Shown: positions 11,080-23,198 of the stretch, piece after piece
How the letters are laid out: each line of letters begins with the position of its first letter
Numbering within the stretch: the first letter of the stretch is position 1
DNA from: Mycolicibacterium smegmatis
Lineage (GTDB): Bacteria > Actinomycetota > Actinomycetes > Mycobacteriales > Mycobacteriaceae
Direction of reading: 5' to 3'
Assembly (NCBI RefSeq): GCF_001457595.1
Contig: NZ_LN831039.1
Coordinates: 3,330,001-3,362,000, forward strand
Length of the DNA stretch: 32,000 nt
Translations under genes and position numbers: made by a program
Notes under the pieces: model-generated
The model's database searches: none
What the model was told of the DNA's origin: nothing
What the model saw: only the letters and a program-made list of their open reading frames with translations

Positions 11080-11939
11080 TGATGAAACTTTCCGATGCCG
11101 AACTGACGGCGGCCAAGGCGGCCGTCGCGCGCGCGGTCGAAGAAGACCTCGCCTACGGTCCCGACGTGACCACGATGGCCACGGTCGACGCGGCCGCGAC
11201 CACGACGGCGTCCGTCGTCAGCCGCGAACCGGGTGTCATCGCAGGCGTCGACGTCGCGCTGCTGGTGCTCGACGAGATGATCGGCGCCGACCGCTACCGC
11301 GTGCTGCACCGCGTCGACGACGGTGCCCAGCTCGACGCCAAGCAGACCGTGCTGACGGTCGAGGCGCCGACGCGGGAACTGCTCACGGCCGAACGCACCA
11401 TGCTCAACCTGCTGTGTCACCTTTCGGGGGTCGCGACCGCGACGGCCGCCTGGGTCGACGCCGTCGCGGGCACCAAGGCCAAGATCCGCGACACCCGCAA
11501 GACGCTGCCCGGTCTGCGCCTGCTGCAGAAGTACGCCGTGCGCGTCGGCGGCGGCGTCAACCACCGGATGGGACTCGGCGACGCCGCGCTGATCAAGGAC
11601 AACCACGTCGCCGCGGCCGGTTCGGTGGTGGCCGCCCTCAAGGCCGTCCGCGAAGAGGCGCCCGGCCTGCCGTGTGAGGTCGAGGTCGATTCGCTCGAGC
11701 AGCTCGACGAGGTGCTCGCGCTCGGCGTCGAACTGGTCCTGCTGGACAACTTCCCGGTGTGGCAGACGCAGATGGCCGTGCAGCGCCGCGACGCGCGTGC
11801 CCCCGAGACGCTGCTGGAGTCTTCGGGCGGGCTGACGCTGGACACCGCGGCGGACTATGCGGGCACCGGCGTCGACTACCTCGCGATCGGGGCGCTCACA
11901 CACTCGGTGCGGGTGCTCGACCTGGGCCTGGACTTCTGA
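11079..11939 (+). CDS. nadC: Nicotinate-nucleotide pyrophosphorylase (quinolinate phosphoribosyltransferase)
   Basis: EEDLAYGPDVTTMATV, RKTLPGLRLLQKYAVRVGGGVNHRMGL, IKDNHV; TGATG overlap with nadB. Confidence 0.96.
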   Translation: MMKLSDAELTAAKAAVARAVEEDLAYGPDVTTMATVDAAATTTASVVSREPGVIAGVDVALLVLDEMIGADRYRVLHRVDDGAQLDAKQTVLTVEAPTRELLTAERTMLNLLCHLSGVATATAAWVDAVAGTKAKIRDTRKTLPGLRLLQKYAVRVGGGVNHRMGLGDAALIKDNHVAAAGSVVAALKAVREEAPGLPCEVEVDSLEQLDEVLALGVELVLLDNFPVWQTQMAVQRRDARAPETLLESSGGLTLDTAADYAGTGVDYLAIGALTHSVRVLDLGLDF

Positions 11940-11942
11940 GGC

Positions 11943-11977
11943 GGTTGCGGCGTCCCCGGTGTGGAGACGCCGCAACC
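11943..11977. terminator. Bidirectional stem-loop between convergent nadC and PGRS-like gene
   Basis: Perfect 12-bp inverted repeat GGTTGCGGCGTC (11943-11954) / GACGCCGCAACC (11966-11977), 11-nt loop, 4 nt after the nadC stop. Confidence 0.75.
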
Positions 11978-11984
11978 TCAGCGG

Positions 11985-13505
11985 CTACTCGCTGTCTTTG
12001 GAGTCCGAACCGGTGCCTGCAGCGCCGCCACCGCTCTTGGTGCCGCTGCTCTTGGTGCCGCCGGCCTTCGAGCTGGTCTTCGAGCTGGACTCCGAGCTGG
12101 ACTCCGAGTTGGACTCCGAGCTGGACGATGTGCGACTGCCGGCCTTGTCCGCGCTGCGTGTGGGCGTCGAACGGCCGGTGACACGGTTGCTCACGTTCTC
12201 GCGGGTGGCAGACCGGTCGGTCGCATTGCCGGGGTTGCCGGTCTTGCCGTCGCGGCCAAATCCGCCGCGGCCGGCCTGACCGCCTTGTCCGGGGCGGGCG
12301 CGGTTCGAAGAGCTCTGTGCATCGCCGCCGTCACCGCCATTGCCGCCGCCGGCAAGTCCGCTGCCGCCGTTGCCACCGTTTCCGCCGTACGCTGCGTTGG
12401 TTCCGGTTGCCTTCCCGCCGTTTCCACCGGCACCACCGGTTCCTATTCCGGTCGAGCCACCGTTTCCGCCGTTGCCGGCTGCTGCATTTCCGTTGCGGGT
12501 GCCGGCGGTTCCATTGTTGGCGTCACCGCCGTCGCCGCCGCGGCCGCCGTTTCCGAAAACCCCGCCGGCCCCGCCGTTGCCGCCGTCGGCGCCGTGGCTG
12601 CCCGCCGTTTCAGGACCTTCGCCGTCACCATCACCACCTCGGCCGCCGTCACCCCCCGACCCGACGAGCAGGCCCCCGTTGCCGCCGTTGCCGCCGCGGC
12701 CGGCGTTGGCGATGTGTGCGCCATTGGAGATGACGTTCGGACTTCCGTCGCCCCCTTTGCCGCCGTTGCCGATCAACCCGGCGTTACCTCCGTTTGCACC
12801 TTCCACACCGCCCACCGAGTTGCCGCCGTCACCGCCGTTACCGAGCAAGCCGGCGTTGCCGCCGTCGCCGGCCCGGCCACCGTTGACGCCTGCGAGCCCA
12901 TCTCCGCCCCTGCCGCCGTTGCCGAGCAGAAATCCACCATTGCCGCCCTTCTGACCGGGTCCGCCGTCGGCACCGTTGCCGATCAGCAGGCCGCCGTTCT
13001 GACCGGGCTCGATGCCATTCCCGATGAGCCAGCCACCCGGGCCGATCATCGGGCGGCCACTGGAATCCACGGCCACCGTCACCTTGGCGTCACCCACCAT
13101 GCCCACGGCGATTGGCGTGACGGTGAGCGCGGTGCCAGACGTCGAGGTCTTGGGTGCGAAGACCAGCCGTGCCGTGCTTGAACCGGGTCGGACGGCGCGT
13201 ACGGCGGTGAAGGCAGGAGAGCCGCTGACCCCCGGCTCCAGGTGACCGATGCCCGATCCGGTCGAGGTCACCGACCCGGGCGAGGTCGCGGGCAGGATCG
13301 CACCGTAGAGGGCGTTGGGGGTGGCAGGTGCGCCCTCCGGCGTCGATGTGACCGTCAGCCATCGCGGAGTCGAGGTCGAGGTCGGGGTTTGGTACGTGGT
13401 TGGCGTTCCGGTACTGGCGGGTGCCGGCGCCTGGGAGACAGCGACGCCTGCGGTGGCGACGATGCTCGCCGCGACGGCGGAAGTCAGGCGCTGATGCTTG
13501 GTCAC
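11985..13505 (-). CDS. PGRS-like glycine-rich protein with a signal-peptide-like N-terminus and no PE domain
   Basis: MTKHQRLTSAVAASIVATAGVAVSQAPAPAS..., long (NGG/DGG/GNGG)n region, Ser/Glu/Lys-rich tail SSSESNSESSSESSSKTSSKAGG. Start assigned to GTG 13505; track start is 13526. Confidence 0.8.
   Translation of the reverse strand: MTKHQRLTSAVAASIVATAGVAVSQAPAPASTGTPTTYQTPTSTSTPRWLTVTSTPEGAPATPNALYGAILPATSPGSVTSTGSGIGHLEPGVSGSPAFTAVRAVRPGSSTARLVFAPKTSTSGTALTVTPIAVGMVGDAKVTVAVDSSGRPMIGPGGWLIGNGIEPGQNGGLLIGNGADGGPGQKGGNGGFLLGNGGRGGDGLAGVNGGRAGDGGNAGLLGNGGDGGNSVGGVEGANGGNAGLIGNGGKGGDGSPNVISNGAHIANAGRGGNGGNGGLLVGSGGDGGRGGDGDGEGPETAGSHGADGGNGGAGGVFGNGGRGGDGGDANNGTAGTRNGNAAAGNGGNGGSTGIGTGGAGGNGGKATGTNAAYGGNGGNGGSGLAGGGNGGDGGDAQSSSNRARPGQGGQAGRGGFGRDGKTGNPGNATDRSATRENVSNRVTGRSTPTRSADKAGSRTSSSSESNSESSSESSSKTSSKAGGTKSSGTKSGGGAAGTGSDSKDSE
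12070..12126 (-). repeat. Tandem 12-bp repeat encoding the SSSE/SNSE tail
   Basis: GAGCTGGTCTTC GAGCTGGACTCC GAGCTGGACTCC GAGTTGGACTCC GAGCTGGAC read on the plus strand. Confidence 0.88.
12220..13040 (-). repeat. PGRS-type Gly-Gly-X coding repeats (approximate bounds)
   Basis: Recurrent GNGGxGGxGG peptides and CCGTTGCCGCC-type DNA words on the plus strand. Confidence 0.8.
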
Positions 13506-13775
13506 GGCCGACCTATATCGGGGCATGTGGATATTCCTTCATTCGGTTCGAAGAATGGCGAATCGAGCGACGTGAGCTGATTTCCGAAACGCAACTCAAC
13601 GGAAATCCCAATCTTTCTATCAGTTGCTGAGGAACTGTTCTAGCTGGTCGAAGCACATTGATGCGATTGCGTCTGAATAGACGCGCGAGTAAATTGGCGC
13701 GGGGATGCGGTGATCCGGATCGTAATTACTGCGCTGAGTGAACCAACATTCCGGGAAGTGGAAATCTGGCTACCG

Positions 13776-13802
13776 ATAAAAAGGTCGCCACGAATGGCGA
13801 TC
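13776..13802 (-). terminator. Intrinsic (Rho-independent) terminator downstream of the LysE-type gene
   Basis: Minus strand reads GGATCGCCA-TTCG-TGGCGACC-TTTTTATC: stem 13783-13790/13795-13802 with one G-T wobble, tetraloop, then five T's. Confidence 0.8.
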
Positions 13803-13892
13803 CGCGGTTATTTCGGTTTCAAGTAGTCCCAGCAAATTCCATGGAAGCGGTCTCAATGTTGCTGGATACCCGGACTCGAAATAACGCGGGCG

Positions 13893-14528
13893 TCAAACAG
13901 TGGCCGCGCGGCGGACCAACGAAAGCACCACGGCGGCTGCCGCGAACAAACCGGAGAACACGCGGTTGAGAATCGTCTGCTGGCGGGGCGTGTGCAGCCA
14001 CGTCAGCAACCGGACCGCGAGGCCGGTGTAGAGCCCCATCACCACCAGGTCGACGGCGATCATCGTCGCGCCGATCGCCAGGTACTGCGGCAGCAGGGGC
14101 GCGGTGGGCACCACGAACTGTGGCAGCACGGCCAGGAAGAACACCAGGCCCTTGGGGTTGGTGGCATTCACCAGGAACCCGCGGACCACCAGGCCGGTAC
14201 GGCCGGCCTCGGTCGCCTTGCCGAGCTGCGCACGCAGGTCGATGGCGGCCGTGCGCCATTGGCGCACCGCCAGGTAGATCAGATAGGCGACGCCGATCCA
14301 CTTGATGATGTTGAACGCGACGATCGAACCGGCCACCGCGGCGCCCAGCCCGATCGCGACCAGGGCGAGCTGCAGCATGAGCCCGATCTCAAGGCCCAGG
14401 ATGCTCCAGTACCCACGGCGCACACCGTGGGTCAGACCGGTCGCCATGGACTGGATGGCACCGGCGCCGGGGGAGACGCTGATCGCGATCGCCGCGCCGA
14501 AGAACGCCAGCCAGACGTGCCATTCCAT
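13893..14528 (-). CDS. LysE/RhtB-family amino-acid exporter-like translocator
   Basis: SPGAGAIQSMATGLTHGVRRG, TM-rich, FLVNATNPKGLVFFLAVLPQF. Confidence 0.88.
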   Translation of the reverse strand: MEWHVWLAFFGAAIAISVSPGAGAIQSMATGLTHGVRRGYWSILGLEIGLMLQLALVAIGLGAAVAGSIVAFNIIKWIGVAYLIYLAVRQWRTAAIDLRAQLGKATEAGRTGLVVRGFLVNATNPKGLVFFLAVLPQFVVPTAPLLPQYLAIGATMIAVDLVVMGLYTGLAVRLLTWLHTPRQQTILNRVFSGLFAAAAVVLSLVRRAATV

Positions 14529-14549
14529 ACGGGCAGTCTGGCATCGCGG

Positions 14550-14960
14550 TCAAACGATTTCGGCTACCAGGATCCCGGCCTTGCGCGCGCTCAGGCGCGC
14601 GATCCGGGGCAGGGACGGATCGTCGCTGCCGGCGGGCAGGATGCGCGGGTTCGTGATCTCGAACTCGCGGCCGAACATCTTCACCTCCGCGCCACCCGCG
14701 GCCAGGACGTTCTTCACCCAGTTTGTCTTGCCGTGGGCGAGGATCACCGCGAACACATTGTCCTTGCGGTAACTGTTGACCACGGTCTCGTACGCCCGGC
14801 CCGACTTGCGGCCCCGGTGCTTGATGACGGTGAAACCGGGTAGTCGTTTGGCGACGGGCGTCATCACCGGATTGACGTACTTGAGTTGCAGTCGCTCCAG
14901 CCAGGGCGGGAACAGCATCGGTACGCCAGGTGCCTTGTTGGGGTGGTCTTTTGCCGACAA
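14550..14960 (-). CDS. Deazaflavin (F420)-dependent nitroreductase-family protein
   Basis: GFTVIKHRGRKSGRAYETVVNSYRKDNVFAVILAHGKTNWVKNVLAAG; TTG start. Confidence 0.8.
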   Translation of the reverse strand: MSAKDHPNKAPGVPMLFPPWLERLQLKYVNPVMTPVAKRLPGFTVIKHRGRKSGRAYETVVNSYRKDNVFAVILAHGKTNWVKNVLAAGGAEVKMFGREFEITNPRILPAGSDDPSLPRIARLSARKAGILVAEIV

Positions 14961-15045
14961 CTCGGGCTCCGTTCGCGGGTACCGCGACCACCCGGAGGTT
15001 GACGGTGGCCGACGGATTTTTATTCAAGTGGACTGATCAGGGACA

Positions 15046-18135
<3,090 letters not shown>

Positions 18136-18139
<4 letters not shown>

Positions 18140-18753
18140 CAAAGAGAGTCGTCGTACTCGACTACGGGTCGGGCAACCTCCGTTCGGCGCAGCGGGCGCT
18201 CGAACGGGTCGGCGCCGACGTCGAGGTGACCGCCGACCCGTCGGCCGCCGCGGCCGCCGACGGCCTGGTGGTTCCCGGTGTCGGGGCGTTCGAGGCCTGC
18301 ATGACCGGACTGCGCGGAATCGGCGGTGAGAAGATCATCGCCGACCGCCTGCGGAACGGGGCCCCGGTTCTCGGGGTGTGCGTCGGCATGCAGATCCTGT
18401 TCGAGCGCGGCGTCGAGTTCGGTGTGGAGACCGCCGGGTGCGGGCAGTGGCCCGGTTCGGTGACCCGCCTCGACGCGCCGGTGATCCCGCACATGGGCTG
18501 GAATGTCGTCGACGCGGCGAAAGGCAGCAGGCTGTTCGCCGGCCTCGACGCCGACACGCGCTTCTACTTCGTGCATTCCTACGCCGCGCAGCAGTGGTCG
18601 GGGCGCGAGGACGCCCTGGTGACCTGGGCGACGCATCACGTGCCCTTCATCGCCGCCGTCGAGGACGGCGCGTTGTCGGCCACGCAATTTCATCCGGAGA
18701 AGAGTGGCGACGCGGGTGCGACGCTGCTCGCGAATTGGGTTGAGGAACTGTGA
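18136..18753 (+). CDS. hisH: Imidazole glycerol phosphate synthase, glutaminase subunit
   Basis: [41 protein letters not shown]. Confidence 0.97.
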
Positions 18754-19544
18754 CTTCGAACGAATCCGTGGCGACAGGGGCGACCGAGGCGGCCGGCGCG
18801 GGCAAGCGGGGACTGATCCTGCTGCCCGCCGTCGACGTGGTCAACGGCCAGGCGGTGCGGCTGGTGCAGGGCAAGGCAGGCAGCGAGACCGACTACGGCT
18901 CGGCGATCGAGGCGGCCGAGGCGTGGCAGCGCGACGGTGCCGAGTGGATCCACCTGGTCGACCTCGACGCCGCGTTCGGCCGGGGCAGCAACCGTGAACT
19001 GCTCGCCGAGGTGGTCGGCAAGCTCGACGTGGCCGTCGAGTTGTCCGGCGGCATCCGCGACGACGATTCGCTGCGGGCCGCGCTCGACACCGGCTGCGCC
19101 CGCGTGAACATCGGCACCGCGGCACTGGAGAACCCGCAGTGGTGCGCCAGGGCAATCGCCGAGCACGGCGACCGCGTCGCCGTCGGACTCGACGCCCAGA
19201 CCGACGGCGCGGGGGGCTTCCGCCTGCGTGGCCGCGGCTGGGAGACCGACGGTGGCGACCTCTGGGAGGTGCTCGACCGGCTCGACAGTGAGGGCTGCTC
19301 GCGCTACGTCGTCACCGACGTCAGCAAGGACGGCACCCTCACCGGCCCCAACCTCGATCTCTTGGCCGCGGTGGCCGGGCGCACCGACGCGCCGGTGATC
19401 GCCTCCGGCGGCGTGTCGAGCCTCGACGACCTGCGCGCGATCGCGACGCTGACCGGTGTCGGTGTCGAGGGCGCGATCGTCGGAAAGGCGCTCTACGCCG
19501 GGCGGTTCACCCTGCCGCAGGCCCTGTCTGCGGTCAGCGGATGA
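18750..19544 (+). CDS. priA: Bifunctional phosphoribosyl isomerase (HisA/TrpF, PriA type)
   Basis: [50 protein letters not shown]; actinobacterial his cluster and no trpF in the trp cluster. Confidence 0.92.
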   Translation: MTSNESVATGATEAAGAGKRGLILLPAVDVVNGQAVRLVQGKAGSETDYGSAIEAAEAWQRDGAEWIHLVDLDAAFGRGSNRELLAEVVGKLDVAVELSGGIRDDDSLRAALDTGCARVNIGTAALENPQWCARAIAEHGDRVAVGLDAQTDGAGGFRLRGRGWETDGGDLWEVLDRLDSEGCSRYVVTDVSKDGTLTGPNLDLLAAVAGRTDAPVIASGGVSSLDDLRAIATLTGVGVEGAIVGKALYAGRFTLPQALSAVSG

Positions 19545-20371
19545 CGGTGGTGGGTGAACTGGACCCGCAGAAGCTGACCGCGCTGGTCGCAACGGCGGCC
19601 GAGATCCTCGACGCCGCGTCGGTGCCGTTCGTGGCGGGGCACCGCGCCGATTCGGCAGTCCGGAAACAGGGCAACGATTTCGCCACCGAGGTCGACCTGG
19701 CGATCGAACGCCAGGTGGTGCGTGCGCTCACCGAGGCGACCGGGATCGGCGTGCACGGCGAGGAATTCGGTGGGGAACCGATCGACTCGCCGCTGGTGTG
19801 GGTGCTCGATCCGATCGACGGCACCTTCAACTACGCGGCGGGCTCACCCATGGCCGCGATCCTGCTGGGTCTGCTGGCCGACGGTGAACCCGTCGCGGGG
19901 CTGACCTGGCTGCCGTTCACCGGTGAGAAGTACAGCGCACTGGTCGGTGGTCCGCTGTACTCCGACGGCAAACCGTGTCCGCCGCTGGGTTCGCCCACGC
20001 TCGCCGACTCGATCATCGGCATCCAGACCTTCAACATCGACTCCCGTGGGCGGTTTCCCGGGCGCTACCGCGTGGAGGTGCTCGCCAATCTGAGCCGCGT
20101 GTGCTCGCGGGTGCGCATGCACGGGGCCACCGGCGTGGACCTGGCCTACGTGGCCGCCGGAATCCTCGGCGGTGCAATCAGTTTCGGTCACCACATCTGG
20201 GACCATGCGGCCGGGGTCGCCCTGGTGCGTGCCGCGGGCGGCGTGGTCACCGATCTGACCGGCGCGCCGTGGACCGTCGACTCGAAGTCGGTGCTCGCCG
20301 CCGCACCCGGCGTGCACGAGAAGATGCTGGAAATCGTGAAATCCACCGGAAAGCCCGAGGATTACCTGTGA
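19541..20371 (+). CDS. impA: Inositol-monophosphatase family phosphatase in the his operon
   Basis: [16 protein letters not shown] metal site, [22 protein letters not shown]. Confidence 0.88.
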   Translation: MTVVGELDPQKLTALVATAAEILDAASVPFVAGHRADSAVRKQGNDFATEVDLAIERQVVRALTEATGIGVHGEEFGGEPIDSPLVWVLDPIDGTFNYAAGSPMAAILLGLLADGEPVAGLTWLPFTGEKYSALVGGPLYSDGKPCPPLGSPTLADSIIGIQTFNIDSRGRFPGRYRVEVLANLSRVCSRVRMHGATGVDLAYVAAGILGGAISFGHHIWDHAAGVALVRAAGGVVTDLTGAPWTVDSKSVLAAAPGVHEKMLEIVKSTGKPEDYL

Positions 20372-21153
20372 GTGCCAACAGCGATGTCGCGACGAGGGTG
20401 ATCCCGTGTCTCGACGTGGACAACGGACGCGTGGTCAAGGGGGTCAACTTCGAGAACCTGCGCGACGCAGGTGATCCCGTGGAACTCGCGGCGGCCTACG
20501 ACGCCGAGGGCGCCGACGAGCTGACGTTCCTCGACGTCACGGCGTCGTCGTCGGGACGCTCCACCATGCTCGAGGTGGTGCGGCGCACCGCCGAGCAGGT
20601 GTTCATCCCGCTGACCGTCGGCGGTGGCGTGCGCTCGGTCGACGATGTCGACGTGCTGCTGCGCGCCGGTGCCGACAAGGTGTCGGTGAACACCGCGGCC
20701 ATCGCGCGCCCCGAACTGCTCGCCGAGATGGCCCGCCAGTTCGGTTCGCAGTGCATCGTGCTGAGCGTGGACGCCAGGACCGTGCCCAAGGGCGAGCAGC
20801 CCACACCGTCGGGCTGGGAGGTCACCACCCACGGCGGCCGCCGTGGCACCGGCATCGATGCGATCGAATGGGCCACGCGCGGTGCCGAACTCGGCGTCGG
20901 CGAGATCCTGCTGAACTCGATGGACCGTGACGGCACCAAGGCCGGTTTCGACCTGAAGATGCTCAGCGCGGTCCGGGCCGCGGTGTCGGTCCCGGTGATC
21001 GCCAGCGGCGGCGCGGGCGCAGTCGAGCATTTCGCGCCCGCCGTGCAGGCCGGGGCCGACGCCGTGCTGGCCGCCAGCGTCTTCCACTTCCGCGAACTGA
21101 CCGTCGCCGAGGTGAAGGCGTCCATGAAGGCCGCGGGGATCACGGTCAGGTGA
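20368..21153 (+). CDS. hisF: Imidazole glycerol phosphate synthase, cyclase subunit
   Basis: [52 protein letters not shown]; GTG start 20368. Confidence 0.97.
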   Translation: MSANSDVATRVIPCLDVDNGRVVKGVNFENLRDAGDPVELAAAYDAEGADELTFLDVTASSSGRSTMLEVVRRTAEQVFIPLTVGGGVRSVDDVDVLLRAGADKVSVNTAAIARPELLAEMARQFGSQCIVLSVDARTVPKGEQPTPSGWEVTTHGGRRGTGIDAIEWATRGAELGVGEILLNSMDRDGTKAGFDLKMLSAVRAAVSVPVIASGGAGAVEHFAPAVQAGADAVLAASVFHFRELTVAEVKASMKAAGITVR

Positions 21154-21163
21154 GGGAGCGCAC

Positions 21164-21511
21164 ATGAGTCTGGACCCCGCCATCGCGGCACGTCTCAAAC
21201 GCAACGCCGACGGCCTGTTCGCCGCCGTCACGCAGGAACGCGGCACCGGCAAGGTGCTCATGGTCGCCTGGATGGACGACGACGCCCTGGCCCGCACGCT
21301 GCAGACGCGTGAGGCGACGTACTTCTCGCGTTCACGCGGTGAGCAGTGGGTCAAGGGCGCCACGTCGGGGCACACCCAGAAGGTGCACTCGGTGCGGTTG
21401 GACTGCGACGGCGACACCGTGCTGCTGGAGGTCGACCAGGTGGGCGGCGCGTGCCACACGGGCGACCACACGTGCTTCGACGCCGATCTGCTGTTGGGCC
21501 CTGACGAGTAG
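21164..21511 (+). CDS. hisI: Phosphoribosyl-AMP cyclohydrolase
   Basis: [53 protein letters not shown]. Confidence 0.97.
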   Translation: MSLDPAIAARLKRNADGLFAAVTQERGTGKVLMVAWMDDDALARTLQTREATYFSRSRGEQWVKGATSGHTQKVHSVRLDCDGDTVLLEVDQVGGACHTGDHTCFDADLLLGPDE

Positions 21512-21572
21512 CCGGGTGCGCCGCGGCGTTGCGGTGCGCGGGCTTGTCGGTGGTGTCGTCAACAATGACGGG

Positions 21573-23198
21573 GTGACCGAGACCGCCCAGGATCGCAAGG
21601 CGCGGGGTGCCTTCTTCACCCCCGACGCGATCACCACGTACCTCACGCAGTGGGCGGTGCGTTCGGACGCGGACCGCGTCTTCGAGCCGTCCGCGGGTGA
21701 CGCGGCGTTCCTCGTCGCCGCGATCCGCAGGCTGCAGGCCCTCGGGGTGGACCATCCCACCGTCGACGGCGTCGAGATCCACGCCGCGAGCGCGGCTTCG
21801 GCGCGCAGGCGGGTCGCCGACGCCGGGGGACGCGCGCGCATCCGCACGGCCAACTTCTTCGCGGTCGATCCGCGTCCGGAGTACACCGCGGTCATCGGCA
21901 ATCCGCCCTACATCCGCTATCAGGATTTCCGCGGTCAGACACGCGCCGAGTCGCGGCGTGCGGCGCTTCGCGCGGGCGTGACGCTGTCGGGGCTCGCGTC
22001 GAGTTGGGCGGCGTTCACGGTGCACGCCGCGCTGTTCCTGCGGCCGGGCGGACGCATGGCGCTCGTGCTGCCCGCCGAACTGCTCAGCGTCAACTACGCA
22101 TCCGCGGTCCGCAAGTTCCTGTTCGACCGGTTCGCGAGCGTTGAGTTGGTGATGTTCGACGAGCAGGTGTTCCCCGAGGCCGAGGCGGACGTGGTGCTGC
22201 TGCTCGCCGACGGTTTCGACGGCGGCCCCTCCGGTCACGCGGTGATCCACCGCGCCCGCAACGCCGAGGCACTGACCTCCGAACTGGTGCAACGACGTTG
22301 GCGCCCCCGTGATCCTGCCGAGAAGTGGATCAGCGGGTTGATCGGCAGCGCACCCGTCGAGGTGCTGCACGGCCTGGAGGCGGCCGGTGACTTCACGTGC
22401 CTGGAAACCTGGGCCGACACCACACTCGGCATGGTGACCGGCAACAACGGCTATTTCGCGCTGTCACCGCAGCGCGTGCACGAATTGGGTTTGCGGCAGG
22501 CCGATCTGCTGCCGTTGTCCCCTCCGGGAAGCGCACATCTGCGCGGGCTGACGCTCTCGGCCGATCAGCTGACGCGGCTGGGGGAGGACGGCAGGTCCGT
22601 GCACCTGTTCCGGCCCACCGGCGCGAAGCTCTCGGCGGCCGCGGCACGGTACGTCGAGGCGGGGCACGCCGCGGGCGTGCACCTGGCGTACAAGTGCCGG
22701 GTCCGCACACCGTGGTACCTGGTGCCCCTCGTCGAGCCCGCGGACCTGTTGTTGACGTGTATGAACGCCGATACGCCGCGGCTGGTCACCAACCGTGCCA
22801 GGGCGCACCACCTCAACTCGGTGCACGGGGTGTACCTGCGTGACGGGTTCACCACGCTGGGCCGCGACCTGCTGCCGCTGGCGTCGCTGAACTCGGTGAC
22901 CCTGCTGCACGCCGAGATGGTCGGCCGGTCCTACGGCGGCGGCATCCTCAAGATCGAACCCCGTGAGGCCGACCAGTGGTTGGTGCCGTCACCACAGCTC
23001 ATCGAGACGCATGCGGCCCCGCTGCGGGCCGTACGGCGTCGCGTGGCGGGCCTGCTGGACCGTGGCCGGCTGCTCGACGCCGTGGCCACCGTCGACCAGG
23101 CGCTCGGAGTCGAATCGGGCGCGGCCCTGGAATCCGTTCGCAATGCGCACCATTCGTTGGCGACGCGGCGAACGGTAAGGTCGCGGCGTGCCCGCTGA
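21573..23198 (+). CDS. N6-adenine DNA methyltransferase (type II R-M M subunit candidate)
   Basis: Motif X-like GAFFTPDAIT, motif I VFEPSAGDAAFL, motif IV NPPYIRYQDF, downstream target-recognition-like region. GTG 21573 (VTETAQDRKARGAFFTP) is the likely start rather than track 21309. Confidence 0.87.
   Translation: MTETAQDRKARGAFFTPDAITTYLTQWAVRSDADRVFEPSAGDAAFLVAAIRRLQALGVDHPTVDGVEIHAASAASARRRVADAGGRARIRTANFFAVDPRPEYTAVIGNPPYIRYQDFRGQTRAESRRAALRAGVTLSGLASSWAAFTVHAALFLRPGGRMALVLPAELLSVNYASAVRKFLFDRFASVELVMFDEQVFPEAEADVVLLLADGFDGGPSGHAVIHRARNAEALTSELVQRRWRPRDPAEKWISGLIGSAPVEVLHGLEAAGDFTCLETWADTTLGMVTGNNGYFALSPQRVHELGLRQADLLPLSPPGSAHLRGLTLSADQLTRLGEDGRSVHLFRPTGAKLSAAAARYVEAGHAAGVHLAYKCRVRTPWYLVPLVEPADLLLTCMNADTPRLVTNRARAHHLNSVHGVYLRDGFTTLGRDLLPLASLNSVTLLHAEMVGRSYGGGILKIEPREADQWLVPSPQLIETHAAPLRAVRRRVAGLLDRGRLLDAVATVDQALGVESGAALESVRNAHHSLATRRTVRSRRAR

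Noticed and set aside
12220-13040. CRISPR-like or minisatellite array
   Set aside because: Repeats are short, degenerate, in frame and protein-coding (GGX); no constant direct repeats with unique spacers.
11961-13181. 406-aa plus-strand ORF with Ala/Val repeats opposite the PGRS-like gene
   Set aside because: The repeats are the complement of the GGX-coding array; the minus-strand reading has a signal-peptide-like start and PGRS character.
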